Positions 1 through 11,920 of a stretch of DNA of 64,000 nt are shown here, piece by piece. This DNA is from Podarcis cretensis (lineage: Eukaryota). The position numbers and the translations under genes were made by a program. Each line of letters opens with the position of its first letter. Positions within the stretch are counted from its first letter, which is position 1. The stretch spans positions 81,344,001-81,408,000 of the forward strand of contig OX638149.1 of the NCBI GenBank assembly GCA_951804945.1. Reading direction: 5' to 3'. The notes under the pieces were generated by a model. The model saw only the letters and a program-made list of their open reading frames with translations. It did not search any database and was not told the DNA's origin.

Positions 1-114
1 TGCAAGATAATACTTGCTTAGGTCATCTAATTTCCTTGCAAACAAATGAGGATGAATCCTCAACAAACAGGTTGTATGGAAGCGCCCTCTGGGTCCCTGT
101 CCTTTCTTTCTTTA

Positions 115-1320
115 CTGGGAACCTTGGGAGGAAGTGATTGTGTCCTCTTGGATTTCATTATACAAAGACAAAGGAAAGCTAAGTATTGTTGTTTAGTCGT
201 TTAGTCGTGTCCGACTCTTCGTGACCCCATGGACCAGAACACGCCAGGCACTCCTGTCTTCCACTGCCTCCCGCAGTTTGGTCAGGCTCATGTTTGTAGC
301 TTTGAGAACACTGTCCAACCATCTTGTCCTCTGTCGTCCCCTTCTTTTTGTGCCCTCCATCTTTCCCAACACCAGGGTATTTTCCAGGGAGTCTTCTCTT
401 CTCATGAGGTGGCCAAAGTATTGGAGCCTCAGCTTCACGATCTGTCCTTCCAGTGAGCACTCAGTGCTGATTTCCTTAAGAATGGATACGTTTGATCTTC
501 TTGCAGTCCATGGGACTCTCAAGAGTCTCCTCCAGCACCATAATTCAAAAGCATCAATTCTTCGGCGATCAGCCTTCTTTATGGTCCAGCTCTCACTTCC
601 ATACATCACTACTGGGAAAACCATGGCTTTAACTATACGGACCTTTGTCGGCAAAGTGATGTCTCAGCTTTTTAAGATGCTGTCCAGGTTTGCCATCGCA
701 TATACTATACTGACTAAGTATAGTCAGACTTTAAGAAGGGTGATTTGAAAAAGCTTAAGGAACTACTGGATAAGATATGGTCAGAAATACTCAAAGAGAC
801 AGGAGTCCAAAGTGCCTGGCAGTTTCTTAAAGGTGAAATATTGAAGGCACAAATGCAGACAATGCCAACAAGGAAGAAAAGTGGGATGTATCTAAGGAAA
901 TCAGTGTGGCTGCATAAGGAGCTTACAGATGAGCTGAGATTTAAGAAGGGCATGTACTGTACAGTATAAGAAATGGAAGATTGGGGAAATAACAAAGGAG
1001 GAGTATACACAAATAACCAACAGTTGCAGGGGAAAAGTCGGACTGGCTCAAGCTCAGAATGAGCTCAAGCTTGCAGAGAGGTTAAGAATAAAAAGAAACC
1101 TTTCTTTGGCTATGTTTGAAACAAGAGGAAGAACAAGCAAGTAGTAGGTCCTTTGCATGGAGAAGACAAAGAAATGGTATTGGGTGACAGAGAGAAGGCA
1201 GAAATGCTCAACATCTACTTTGCCTCTGTCTTTACCCAAAAGTAAAGCAGTGCCCAACCAGTGATAACAGAATAAATGATGCCAGGATGGAGCAGCAGTC
1301 CAAGATAGGAAAAGAGATAT
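115..1320 (+). mobile_element. Degraded CR1 LINE ORF2 fragment interrupted by BovB
   Basis: GTLGGSDCVLLDFIIQRQRKAKY continues after BovB as YSQT...LKKLKELL...WQFLKGEILKAQ, then AQNELKLA and [16 protein letters not shown]. Confidence 0.85.
187..713 (-). mobile_element. 5'-truncated BovB (RTE clade) LINE
   Basis: ORF 193..654 (VKAMVFPVVMYGSESWTIKKADRRRIDAFELWCWRRLLRVPW) is a BovB RT C-terminus; gactaaac tail; 8-bp TSD ctaagtat at 179-186 and 714-721. Confidence 0.93.
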
Positions 1321-2316
1321 ATATCAATATATCTACTCTGAGTAAAACTTACTTGAATACCACCCATGGAGTGCCTGTTATTTTGGGAGTGAAGGAAGGA
1401 GGTGAAAATGATGTGGAAGGGGATAAGGGCTGAGGTATCATCAACCAGATGCCCTCTGGGAACACAGGAGCAAATATTAAATGCCTCATATGTGGGCAAA
1501 GAGGTGCAAGTCATTGATGAAACACATGGTCAAACTGAAAGGAGAAGGAGGGAGTTGGCAGCAGCAATCTGTTTGGTTCTCTCTCAGCCATACAATTAAC
1601 ACTTAATTGCATTTGGTTAGTAATTTTTTATTGACCTCTTGTAAAACGTTGTAACCTGGGTGAGATACTACATTTCTTTTGTAGCTAACTGCTTTTCCAG
1701 TGAGCTAGAGACCCAGCTTCTGAAATATTTGGGAGCAGCTGTAGAAAAAAAAAATCATATGGGCAGCCTATGTCATTTTAAATGTGTTTGTGGGAGCAGG
1801 TTGCCCGACCTCCAGTTGTACAAATTCTCCTTGTACAAGTTAATTATGAGAGCAATACCTGCAATAAATTGCATGGGTGGAAATAAGAGTGTGAATGTCC
1901 AGAAAAGGCAGCTGGGGGGGGGGGCAATGAGAAGAAAGGTCACCAGAATCCTTGCTGCGGGTGGCGACATTCTTTCTCCCTCCCCGCTGTGTAGCTTGTA
2001 TTAACTGTTTGCACAGTTGCAGATACAGTATGTGCATGTACTTGAGGTTTCTTTAAAAATAGGTCACCTTTTAGGCAACGCCCACATTGTGAGATGAAGA
2101 ACAAGGATGCAGCACAAATAACTTTGACACACCTCCCTCTTTTTATAGTTTTTCACAGCAGCTTATAACCCAGAATGTTAAAAACAAGAGAGAGAAGTGG
2201 CATTGTATTCCACACAGTGCGCCCCAAACGAGCAGCAAATGTGGTTGCATGAAATCTCATAAAGTTAAAAGGGGCCTTGGATTGCACGCCGGCTTAAAGA
2301 ATCAGGTAGTAAGCAA

Positions 2317-2622
2317 TGGGAAAGTGTGGTGTAGTGATTAAGAGTGGTAGACTTGTAATCTGGGGAACCAGGTTCGCATCTCCGCTCCTCCACATGCAGC
2401 TGCTGGGTGACCTTGGGCCAGTCCCACTTCTCTGAAGTCTCCCAGCCCCACTCACCTCACAGAGTGTTTGTTGTGGGGGAGGAAGGGAAAGGAGATTGTT
2501 AGCTGCTTTGAGACTCCTTCGGGTAGTGATAAAGCAGGATATCAAATCCAAACTCCTCCTCCTCTTCTTCTTCTTCTTCTTCTTCTTCTTCTTCTTCTTC
2601 TTCTTCTTCTTCTTCTTCTTCC
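2317..2622 (+). mobile_element. tRNA-derived SINE (Squam3-like) with (CTT)n tail
   Basis: tRNA-like head (gtggtgtagtgattaagagt...ggttcgcatctcc), core gtgaccttgggc, and a long CTT microsatellite tail. Confidence 0.8.
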
Positions 2623-3109
2623 TCTGCTAGAGACACTGGACAGCAGCTGCCAGTCAGAGTAGACAACACAGAGCAGACAAACAGCTTGACCTGGTATAAG
2701 ACAAGCTGCACCCTTTGTTTAAGGACAATGTGCCTCTGGACTGGTTTACCTGGGATGAGGTGTGGCAGAGTGCCAATGGGCTTGCCTAGGCAGAAGCATT
2801 GAGCTCATGTATTTCTCAAATGGTGTCTCATGACACCATTGAAAAATGGAGTTTTGACATGTGGAACTCCTTCACACTGCCCAGCTGTCTCCCTCTGCCT
2901 TTTCTTCATCTCAGAAGCCCAACACAACACTAACTGGAAACATCTGCAGAGTAGTAGCAGTAGCTGCAATATATCTTTAAATAGCTTTGTGCAATTGTAA
3001 GCATTTTACTAGTTTATGCTGCTACCCAGTTGTCTATGTTTGCATTTTTGTATGGTGCACGTTAATAATTAGGCTACATTTGGTTCAGTGTGTGTCTGGA
3101 TGAATTTGG

Positions 3110-3430
3110 CAAAGGGTGGGATGGTAGGAGAACCCCACCATAATTATTATGGGCATGGGAGATATGATGCAAGGGAGCAGGCTGTGGATATTTGCAGGAC
3201 CATTTCCTATTCTGGATGCTCTGCTAAGGAGTTCTGTCTGCTGGGAGCCAGACTAGCATGTATAATTGAGACCTGGTTGGGGTTAGTCCGACCCAGCTGT
3301 GTCTGTCTTGGTACTCAGCACAGCACCAACATAGACTTGAGGGTTTGGAGGGGGTTTGCTATGGTCCAAAATAATGCCATATTTCTTGTCAGAGACATTC
3401 CTGCCCTGGAACACGGTCTGTGCCTGACTT
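3110..3430 (+). mobile_element. Degraded L2 LINE endonuclease remnant
   Basis: LACIIETWLG and QHQHRLEG-like remnants of the APE domain. Confidence 0.55.
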
Positions 3431-6199
3431 TGGACCAAACAAACTAGAGATCCTTCAGCAGCCTCTCTGGCAATCTTGAATGTGATGCTGATGAACTTCA
3501 AAATTCTGAAGCTGCCCTCAGTGGTTCTTCATGACCTCCATGAAAACCACGGGGATGTCTCAGTGTGTCATCTGCTCAATGTACAGAGCAGGACACATCC
3601 CTCAATTTCATCCTTGCCTCAGGGTATGGGAGGGCTAGTCTGGAAACAAGCGGGATTAAGACAACTCTGTTATCATGGTCAGGTTTGGTCTTATGGTGGC
3701 AGCCACTGATACCTGTTGTGGTTATTATTGTGTTAGTTTTATATGTGTTTTGCAAGAGTTGTTATTCTACATATTGGTGTGTTTTTTTAATTTCTTTTCG
3801 CCTTAACTTTCTTTTGACTTGTTTGACTTGTTTTATTGTTTGGTTTTATGTTTTTATATCACTGTAAACCACGGTAATATATTTTTAAGAAATAACAGTA
3901 TAGAAATATTTTTATAAATAAATAATATTTGTTGGTTGTGATTTTAATTTTCTCCATTATTACAAACTGCCTTTGTGATTTTCCTTATGAAAAATGGCAT
4001 AGGAAGATTTTTAAGTAAATAAATAGAGGCCAAGTCATTGAATTTATGCCACTTACTCTTGCATATTGAGAGTGGAGGAACTTTCTCTTTTAGCTGTTTG
4101 CCCCTGCGGCTTCCCTCAAGGCTCCATTGCGGATTGCTGCCATCAGAACCTTTGCATGGCTCACAAAGGGCAATGTGGCCAAATGGCAGGGCTTAGGAAT
4201 GAATGGCCTTGAGACATGCAGGACTTCCAGGTGCATAAGGACTTCTGATACAAAATCTCCTGAGCTGCCCATGAGAGGAGGGAACTCAAGGAAGAAGCAG
4301 GAGACGAAGCAGCCCGAGGCCCAGGGCAAACCAGCTGGTGTTGGTGCCATGTAGATGGGCCCTTGTTATCATAAGCTATCCTGGTGGATAGGTGGAGTGA
4401 GCCGAGACACAATATATTACCAGGTGGGGCTCCCTAAGAGTGCAGTCTGTTGATGGGGAGAGGCTGAAGCAAGGTTTGCATATGGGCTGGGGATGAATAT
4501 ATTTAACTTTTCATGAGCAACACTAGCTTTGTGTCTGAAGTGGGGATTAGAGCCTGGGTTTTCCTCAACATCCAAACCCAAATGCTCCAGCCACCACACT
4601 TGATGTGATGACACTTCTTTCATCTCTCTGATAGCTCTTAGGCTTATCGCTACTGTCACACAGGGTCAGAAAAAGATGACACAGCTTCACAAAGTGTAGC
4701 AATATTGCTACAAGTGAGAGTATGTTCTGCTGGGCGAGATTCCTTATAGGTACCTTGGCAAGTAGGAGCTAAGGTTTACCTAACCTGAGGAGTCATTGCT
4801 TCTCGTTGCTTTGTGAGGAGGGCGGGGCTTTAAGCAACAGGCATATTAAAACTTGCATCAAACCAGTGAGGCAAGATTTTCAAAAGTGCTTTAGGGCAAT
4901 TGCTCACCTTTCAAAAGTTACTCTTGCAGAATGATTTTCTAATAAGGTATTATGTTGTTTTGAAAACCAAGCCATTTATTGGTCTGCCTGAGGAGACTGA
5001 TAGCCACTTTACAAGTTATGAGTGTAACCTAGGCCTGACTGTAATTGTGTGTAGAGAAGTCTGGATATTTGTAATAGAGGACATTTGTCTGTGTGTCCAC
5101 TCCCAGCTGTCTTGCTGAGTGTCTTGCTCACCATAAACAACAAGCAAATCTAATTTTCTCAAGGTATTCCTATCTTGAGCCAATAAAAGATGAATTCTGC
5201 AATCTGTATAGATTATGCAAATTGAACACAACTCCCAATATTTTCCAGTATTGTTTCTGCAGTGTTTAATACTTTGCATGATTTATTCTGGTTTTGCTGG
5301 TCATGGGAAGGGAAAAGATTGCACATGGTACTGAGAAGAAGAGCCCCAGTCTCTAAAACCTTATACAGTTATTGTCCTTCAAGCACCCAAGCTATAGGGT
5401 CCAGAAACTTGTTCTTTTTAAACATTAACAATGAGATTATGAGGAAGCTAAATTCTTCAAATAGGAGAATAATGCATGCATTCTTTGTGCTTCTGCAGAA
5501 TCACGGTGTATGTACTGTCCAACCCATTGTTGCAAAAACGTGCAATCTGATGTCTGTCTGGGAAACAGCACTCATATATTATGTGAAAATATACTTGGGT
5601 GATATACAAGAAAGCACTGCTAAAGCAACACAAAAAGGCTGAAATGATAGAGAGAAAGTGAATGTGTAACTTGCCTTTAATTTTTGGAGGAAAATGGAAA
5701 GAAGGCAATATTGCAGATAACTGTGGTGACAACTCCTGGCTAAAGCCTGATTTTGCAGAGACGTGTGTTGACAGTTTTGAAAGCAAAATTCTGTAATATG
5801 CAGCAACCTGCCTGCACCCTGGGCACTAATACTTGGTGGTTGGTTTAAATTTCATTTATTCTTTTTGTTTGCATTATCTCTATCTACTGCTAGAAGCTAC
5901 CTTGTGTGAGGATGTTGCCCTAAAAATAAAGGTATAAATATTGAAAATAAACAAGTAAATAAATAGTCATAGGAAGACCTGTCTCTATGCACTCCTCTCT
6001 ATCCTTCACATTCACCTTGTTCCACCAAGTATCTGCATCTCATGCCTTCGCCTTCACTGAATGTTACTGGAGCCTTGGGGATTCCGTTGTCTTCACACAT
6101 TCAGCTGTCTATGAAAATGGTGCAACGTAAGAAGTATGGCAACAATGACAGCTGGGTATATGCGCAGTACAATCCCAAAGATGGCAGCAACAGCCAGCT

Positions 6200-7058
6200 A
6201 GAATAGATGTCTAAAGAGGAAATTCAGTTTGCAAAGCACATTGAAAAACATGAACTTTACTGCATGTTACAGCATTAAAGAAAACATGATGAAGATGCCG
6301 GTTGGGTGGTACTTTACACCATCAAAACTCTCCAAAATGTATAAAAGCAATTCAAATAAGTGTTGGAAGTGTGGAGAAAAAGTAGGGGATTTTTATCACA
6401 TGTGGTGGACATGCAGTAAAACCAAGGGGTTTGGGATTATTATTTATGATGAGATGAAAAAAAAAATCTTTAAAGCTTTTCTGTTGGGAATCTTGGGCAG
6501 AGATATTCTGAAAAATATAAGAGAAATCTTTCTATATGCAACAGCTGCCACCCGTTTATTAATAGCATCTAATTGGAAGGGGGGAAAGATACCAATGTTA
6601 ACAGAATGGCAAAATAAATTATTAGACTATGTGGAAATGGCTCAGTTAACAAATAGGTTAAGAGGTAACACAAAGCAATCATTTTCTCAAAAGTGGGAAA
6701 TGTTTAAGAGATACCTAGAAAAAAAACCCAGTGACATGCTATCTATGGGAGTGTTTGAATGACCCTTGTGTAAGTAAAATATTAAGAAACAAAGAAAGAT
6801 TGGTACGATATGTTGTAAGAAAGTATTAGAAAGTATGGTAATAATTATAAGTACATTCAAAATCATAAATGTCAACTATATCAGGAAATGATTGGAAGGC
6901 CACAATTATTTTATAATTTTATTTTACTTTGATATATGCTATTTTATTTTATGTAATATTATTTGATCTTGGCTTAGCGGAAATCTAAGTGGAATTTGAA
7001 GTTTAAATTAACATCTTATAGTGATTTTAAAAAAAACAAGAAAGAAAGAAAGAAAGAA
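6200..7058 (+). mobile_element. L1-clade LINE 3' fragment
   Basis: ORF 6229..6762 has a CWKC-x7-YHMWWTC zinc knuckle; AT-rich 3' UTR; A-rich tail at about 7029-7058. Confidence 0.85.
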
Positions 7059-7087
7059 CTTGTTACTACCTCATTCACTTGCTAGAG

Positions 7088-7428
7088 CAGGAGTCAGTGG
7101 ACCTTTGGCCCTCCAGATGCTGTTGGACTTTCCATAAGCCCCAGAGAGCATGGTCAATCAGGGCGCCAAGTATGGGGGGAGGCCAAGGCCCTCACAAAAT
7201 TCTAAATCAGAGAGCTGGGGCCCCCAACTTCTGTAGCAGCCGTGCGCTTACAACCTGAGCCATGTGTGTGCGACGTCAGCACGCCATGGGGCATGTGCGC
7301 ATGGTGCACTGTTGTCATGTGGCTCCTGAGCCTGCTCAGTCATGGGGGCAAGGTGGTGGTCAATGATTAGAAATGATGGGAACTGTAGTCCAGCAATGCC
7401 TGAAGGGCCCAAACGTTCCCCAGTTCTG
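7088..7428. mobile_element. Palindromic hAT-type MITE with an internal insertion (~7160-7350)
   Basis: Arms ctccagatgctgttggac and gtagtccagcaatgcctgaaggg; degenerate 8-bp TSD tgctagag / tgctagtt. Related copies at about 10035-10150, 44310-44810 and 51195-51320. Confidence 0.65.
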
Positions 7429-10174
7429 TGCTAGTTAAGGAGGGTCCACCAATTATCCTGGCCCACTAGCAGGTGATGTGAATGCTGCTGCTCTGGATAA
7501 GGTTTTTTTGAGCATAGAATTCAGTGTACTTTTCCTCTTAATAGTTATGCGTTGGTGTGCAAGTCACATGTATGACACTTGACACATCCATGGGTGGTGG
7601 TGTGTGTGCGTGTGACACTGCATAAGGAGTCTTTTAGACCCTATCCAGCTTTCTTATTTCAGTGCCAACGTGGCCCTTTCACAACCTTCGTTACAATGCT
7701 GCCCTGTCTAGGAGGTCACCACAAGTGACCTCCTCTATATTCCTTGACTTTTACTTAGCATTTCTGCCATTTTCAGTTAGTGTCTCTCTTTTCACAAATA
7801 TTCATGCTCTCAGCCAGTTTCTGTTTTTAATGCAAGTTTAGCATCACCGTTAGCCAATGGACAGATTCTATTTGCATACATTTACATTAATTAATGTAGA
7901 CAAAAGGACATTAGGAAGAATTCTTTCCCCACCCTGCTCTTTGGAAGACTCTCCAACTTCTCTCTCCTCTGGCATATTTGTGAAATCTGTGTATTATCTC
8001 TGCACTGTGAGGAAATACTCTCCAGTGTTCTGTTTTACAAAACGCTGTTTCCTGTGAATTAGAGTGAAACGTAGGTCAGGAAAAATTAAGGCATGTGTAT
8101 TACTCTGGAGCTATTTGTCATACACTGGCAGGTGTAAAGGCCCTATGATGAAGAGGAGAGCTGTGTTTAGGGAGGATAATCAAATGCTAATGTGGTACAC
8201 CACTGAGATCTGCTCTATATCTGAATAATTACCTATGGCTGACTATTTAGGTGTTAGTAACCGGGTCAACACCAGTTCAGCAGCTGTACTCATTCTGTCT
8301 GACTTCAAGAGTCGAGCACGTGGATGCCATGCTCAATGCTTCAGGTGTTGATTTGCTTATATGGCATAACTATACAATTTGCCTTGGCCTATGCTTGCAG
8401 CTGTGTTGCACCCTACAGTGCAGTTGATGATGGCTTCCCATCTTATCTTTTACCAACACCACATAATGTTCGTTGGTTCCACTATTGTTCCCCTATATTG
8501 TGTTATTGCTGCTGTGTTGTTTTCTATTGACATTTTGTTGTTGCGGTTGACTTTTTGGCTGAGGGAAATATGTGTTCTTCTAGGGCAAAAACAGACCACA
8601 TTCACACCATACATTATTTGGTGGTCAGGAAAAAATAGGTATATAAAAGGAGAATACCTGGATGCCAAGATCCAAATTTGGGGCAAGTACTTTTTGGTGA
8701 GATTTAATTTTTTTAAAAAATGCAGCGGAATTAAGTGTGGAAATATATGCTGTTAGACCTTTACAATATGCTTTTCTAAGTTTCTTCCAAAATAGTCTCT
8801 TCTTTCCCCAGCACAGGAGAAGACCATGTGTTTATCAAGTGAAAAAATGTTTTACTTACAAACTCTCCAAAGGTCAGATTCATATGCTTTTCCATACATT
8901 AGTCAGAAAACACAGGCAATACAACTTGGCTTAATTACTTCGGTGAAAGTTTCTAAATTGTTGGTATAGGGATACAAGAATGCCTTGTAAAAGCCATGTT
9001 GAGCTTCTCAGGTAGACTGAAGGTGAACAAAGGCCTTGATTGCCTTTCTCCCGAGGTGAGGAGTAAACTAGCCACTTTGGGAAAGCCGTGGATGGTTAAA
9101 GATGTATTATAGTGCTTTAAATGTATGGTGTGAATGTAGCCACAGTTTAAAATCAGAGAATATGAGATTAATTGACACAAGCCAGGATCATTAAACTGAA
9201 GGGAAAGCCTTGTTTGCCATAGCTCATACTATCCATTTGCCCTTGGCACAAGGAAGGATGTAGACACAGGAATGTGTTCTGAGACCAGGGGTTGGTAACA
9301 TTGTGGGTGGCAGCTTAAAAATACCTTATTGAAAATAACCTAAGTGAAGGGTGGGAGTGTTGTGAGGTACCCAAAGGCAAAAAAGTGAAACAGAGTAGCA
9401 GGCCTCATCAAGCTAATACCACATTAGGAGGTATGTTCCTGAAGGGTAGAAGAAACAAATAAAATCAATTCATTTATCTTTTTTCTAGAATGTTGTCTCT
9501 CTTTGTAAGACTTCCCTATATAAGAAAAATTACATCTGATACATTCTTCTTCTTTTGCCCCTAAGGAAGATTCTTATCAGAACACTTTGGGCTTTTTATA
9601 TCTTCTATACTTCAGAAACAAATCATCTTATGGGTACCAGCTGGAGGCCCACCTTTCGTTCTGTGTTGCTATTTATAACGTTTACCGTTATAAAGTGCCT
9701 CATGAAACAATAGCTGTCTCCTTCATCTGGGCTTGCCATCTCATGGCTTTGAAGGGCGCCTTTAATCAGCTGGGTGTCAGGTTGAGGTTCAGCGAGAATG
9801 AGGGAAATGGCTTCAGCTGTACGATAGGCGAGGGGGCTGAATTGCTTCCTGCCGCTGAACTAAGGATCAGGAATACCTATTCCTGCAGTAGCCTAAGAGA
9901 GAGGGTCATTGTTGCATGAATCCCTGATACAAAAAAAACTTTTCTCTGACAGTATTTTATCCCATAACTTCTGAAACATGGGAGGATGGAAGGTTCTCAC
10001 AATACCTGACATTCCATATAATACAAGATATGGTGGGGGAGCCAATGTGGTTGTTGGACTCCCAACTGCCATCAACCCCCAGCTAGCATGGCCAATGGTT
10101 AGTGGTGATGGGAGTTGTAGTCCAACAACATCTGGATAGATAGCCTACCCTAGGCTACTGCTATCACCCTACTT

Positions 10175-10495
10175 CAGGGGTCAGCAAACTTTTTCAGCAG
10201 GGGGCCAGTCCACTGTCCCTCAGACCTTGTGGGGGGCCAGACTATATTTTGAAAAAAATAATGAACAAACTCCTATGCCCCACAAATAGCCCAGAGATGC
10301 ATTTTAATTAAAAGCAAACATTCTACACTTATAAAAACACCAGGCAGGCCCCACAAATAACTCAGAGATGCCTTTTAAATAAAAGGACACATTCTATTCA
10401 TGTAAAACCACACTGATTCCTGGACCGTCCACGGGCCGGATTTAGAAGGTGATTAGGCCGGATCTGGCCCCTGGGTCTTAGTTTGCCTACCCTTG
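10175..10495. mobile_element. Non-autonomous hAT (Charlie-like) transposon
   Basis: TIRs caggggtcagcaaact / agtttgcctacccttg; perfect 8-bp TSD ccctactt (10167-10174, 10496-10503). Confidence 0.9.
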
Positions 10496-10888
10496 CCCTA
10501 CTTCCTCCTGAATCCAAGGCTGAGTTCAAACTTTCTTGGTAATTTTAAGTAAAAGCTACAGAACCTGAAGCCATGTTGTTCCCCTCTATTGGTTGTTGAG
10601 TTAAAGAACTGGAGCAAATGAGCAGTTGAAATTCACATTCAAGCATTTCTTCAAACAAAATATATCACTGTGGTTGGGGTGGGGTCTCTCCTGTGCTGCT
10701 CTTTGCAGGGTGCTCAGCAAAGGAAAAATGTTTAAAAGCATGTGATAGTCTTGGCTGCATATTGTCCACTTGTATAACCTACACCTAGAATGGCATTCTT
10801 TGCCAAGAGTAATAAACCTTAATCTTTCTTTATCCTTTCAACCATCAGTCTTGCCAGGCTCTTTGTTTCTGCACACTGCTGCAACGTA

Positions 10889-11113
10889 CAGTGGTACCTC
10901 AGGTTAAGTACTTAATTCGTTCCGGAGGTCCGTACTTAACCTGAAACTATTCTTAACCTGAAGCACCGCCGGAGCACTGCCACGCCGCCGGAGCACGATT
11001 TCTGTTCTCATCCTGAAACAAAGTACTTAACCCGAGGTAATATTTCTGGGTTAGCGGAGTCTGTAACCTGAAGCGTATGTAACCTGAAGTGTATGTAACC
11101 TGAGGTACCATTG
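10889..11113. mobile_element. Tc1/mariner (Tigger-like) MITE
   Basis: TIRs cagtggtacctcaggtta / taacctgaggtaccattg; TA TSD; internal taacctgaa repeats. Confidence 0.9.
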
Positions 11114-11794
11114 TATTTACCAAACACTAGCACATGTTTTTGTGAAATCAGAGTGCTGAGGCGTTTGCAGCACAAAATCCCTTCACTAGGCCAAGCATGT
11201 GCTTAAACTCATTTTTCCCAGGCAGAGCCTCCCAAGTCCTGCTGGTGGAGGTCCGCTAGCACAGCATTCTGGGTAGTTGAGAAGGCTGGTTGTTTTCTCT
11301 CTGTTTTGCAACTGAAATAAGAAGACTTCTACCTCAGGGCTGTCAACCTGGCACCTGCTGCTCATGTTGGTTTAATGAGAAAAAGAAAGGCAGGCACAGG
11401 TACAGTTGAAACATTTCTGTTTTCTTTGTAAATAATCTGTCACTATATGGTGAAGCACCTCTGGAAAAGGGCCAGCAATGAGTTAAATGCACAAAAGGTT
11501 TATAGCCTATTCAGCAGGGTGAGGTGCTGTGCTGTGCTGCCACTGTGCAGCAACTGAGGAAGGAGGAAACCCTGTAATCTTGCCAGAGGACTTGACAAGG
11601 CAAACACATGAAAACTGTTAGAGTCACACTGTGTGGGTTCTTAGCTGCTGCTGGCTGACTTGCAGTCTCCACTGATGCCGGTGTGGCTGCACAGGATTAA
11701 TCTGGCCTCTGTCATCATCACCTCTCAATCCCACTGGTAATGGTGCTGAGTATGGTGGCCCAGCAGTGGCCACCATTAAGAATATGAGAATAGC

Positions 11795-11920
11795 CAGTGC
11801 TTTTTTTCTATTAAAAATGTTTAGGGGTACTCTCAAATACAGTAAATGGACAAAAGTACAAAGATAAAAAATGTTTAGGGGTATGTGTACCCCTGTGTCC
11901 CCCCAGGAGAAAAAGCACTG
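11795..11920. mobile_element. 126-bp hAT-type MITE
   Basis: TIRs cagtgcttttt / aaaaagcactg; perfect 8-bp TSD agaatagc; internal repeat aaaaatgtttaggggta. Confidence 0.88.

Noticed and set aside
221-748. 175-aa plus-strand ORF
   Set aside because: Antisense of the BovB RT fragment
2317-2400. tRNA-like sequence
   Set aside because: Head of a tRNA-derived SINE, not a tRNA gene
2468-2711. Poly-Leu and poly-Glu ORFs
   Set aside because: Translations of the (CTT)n SINE tail
10889-11113. Short repeated taacctgaa units suggesting a CRISPR-like array
   Set aside because: Irregular subterminal repeats inside a TA-flanked MITE in a eukaryotic genome
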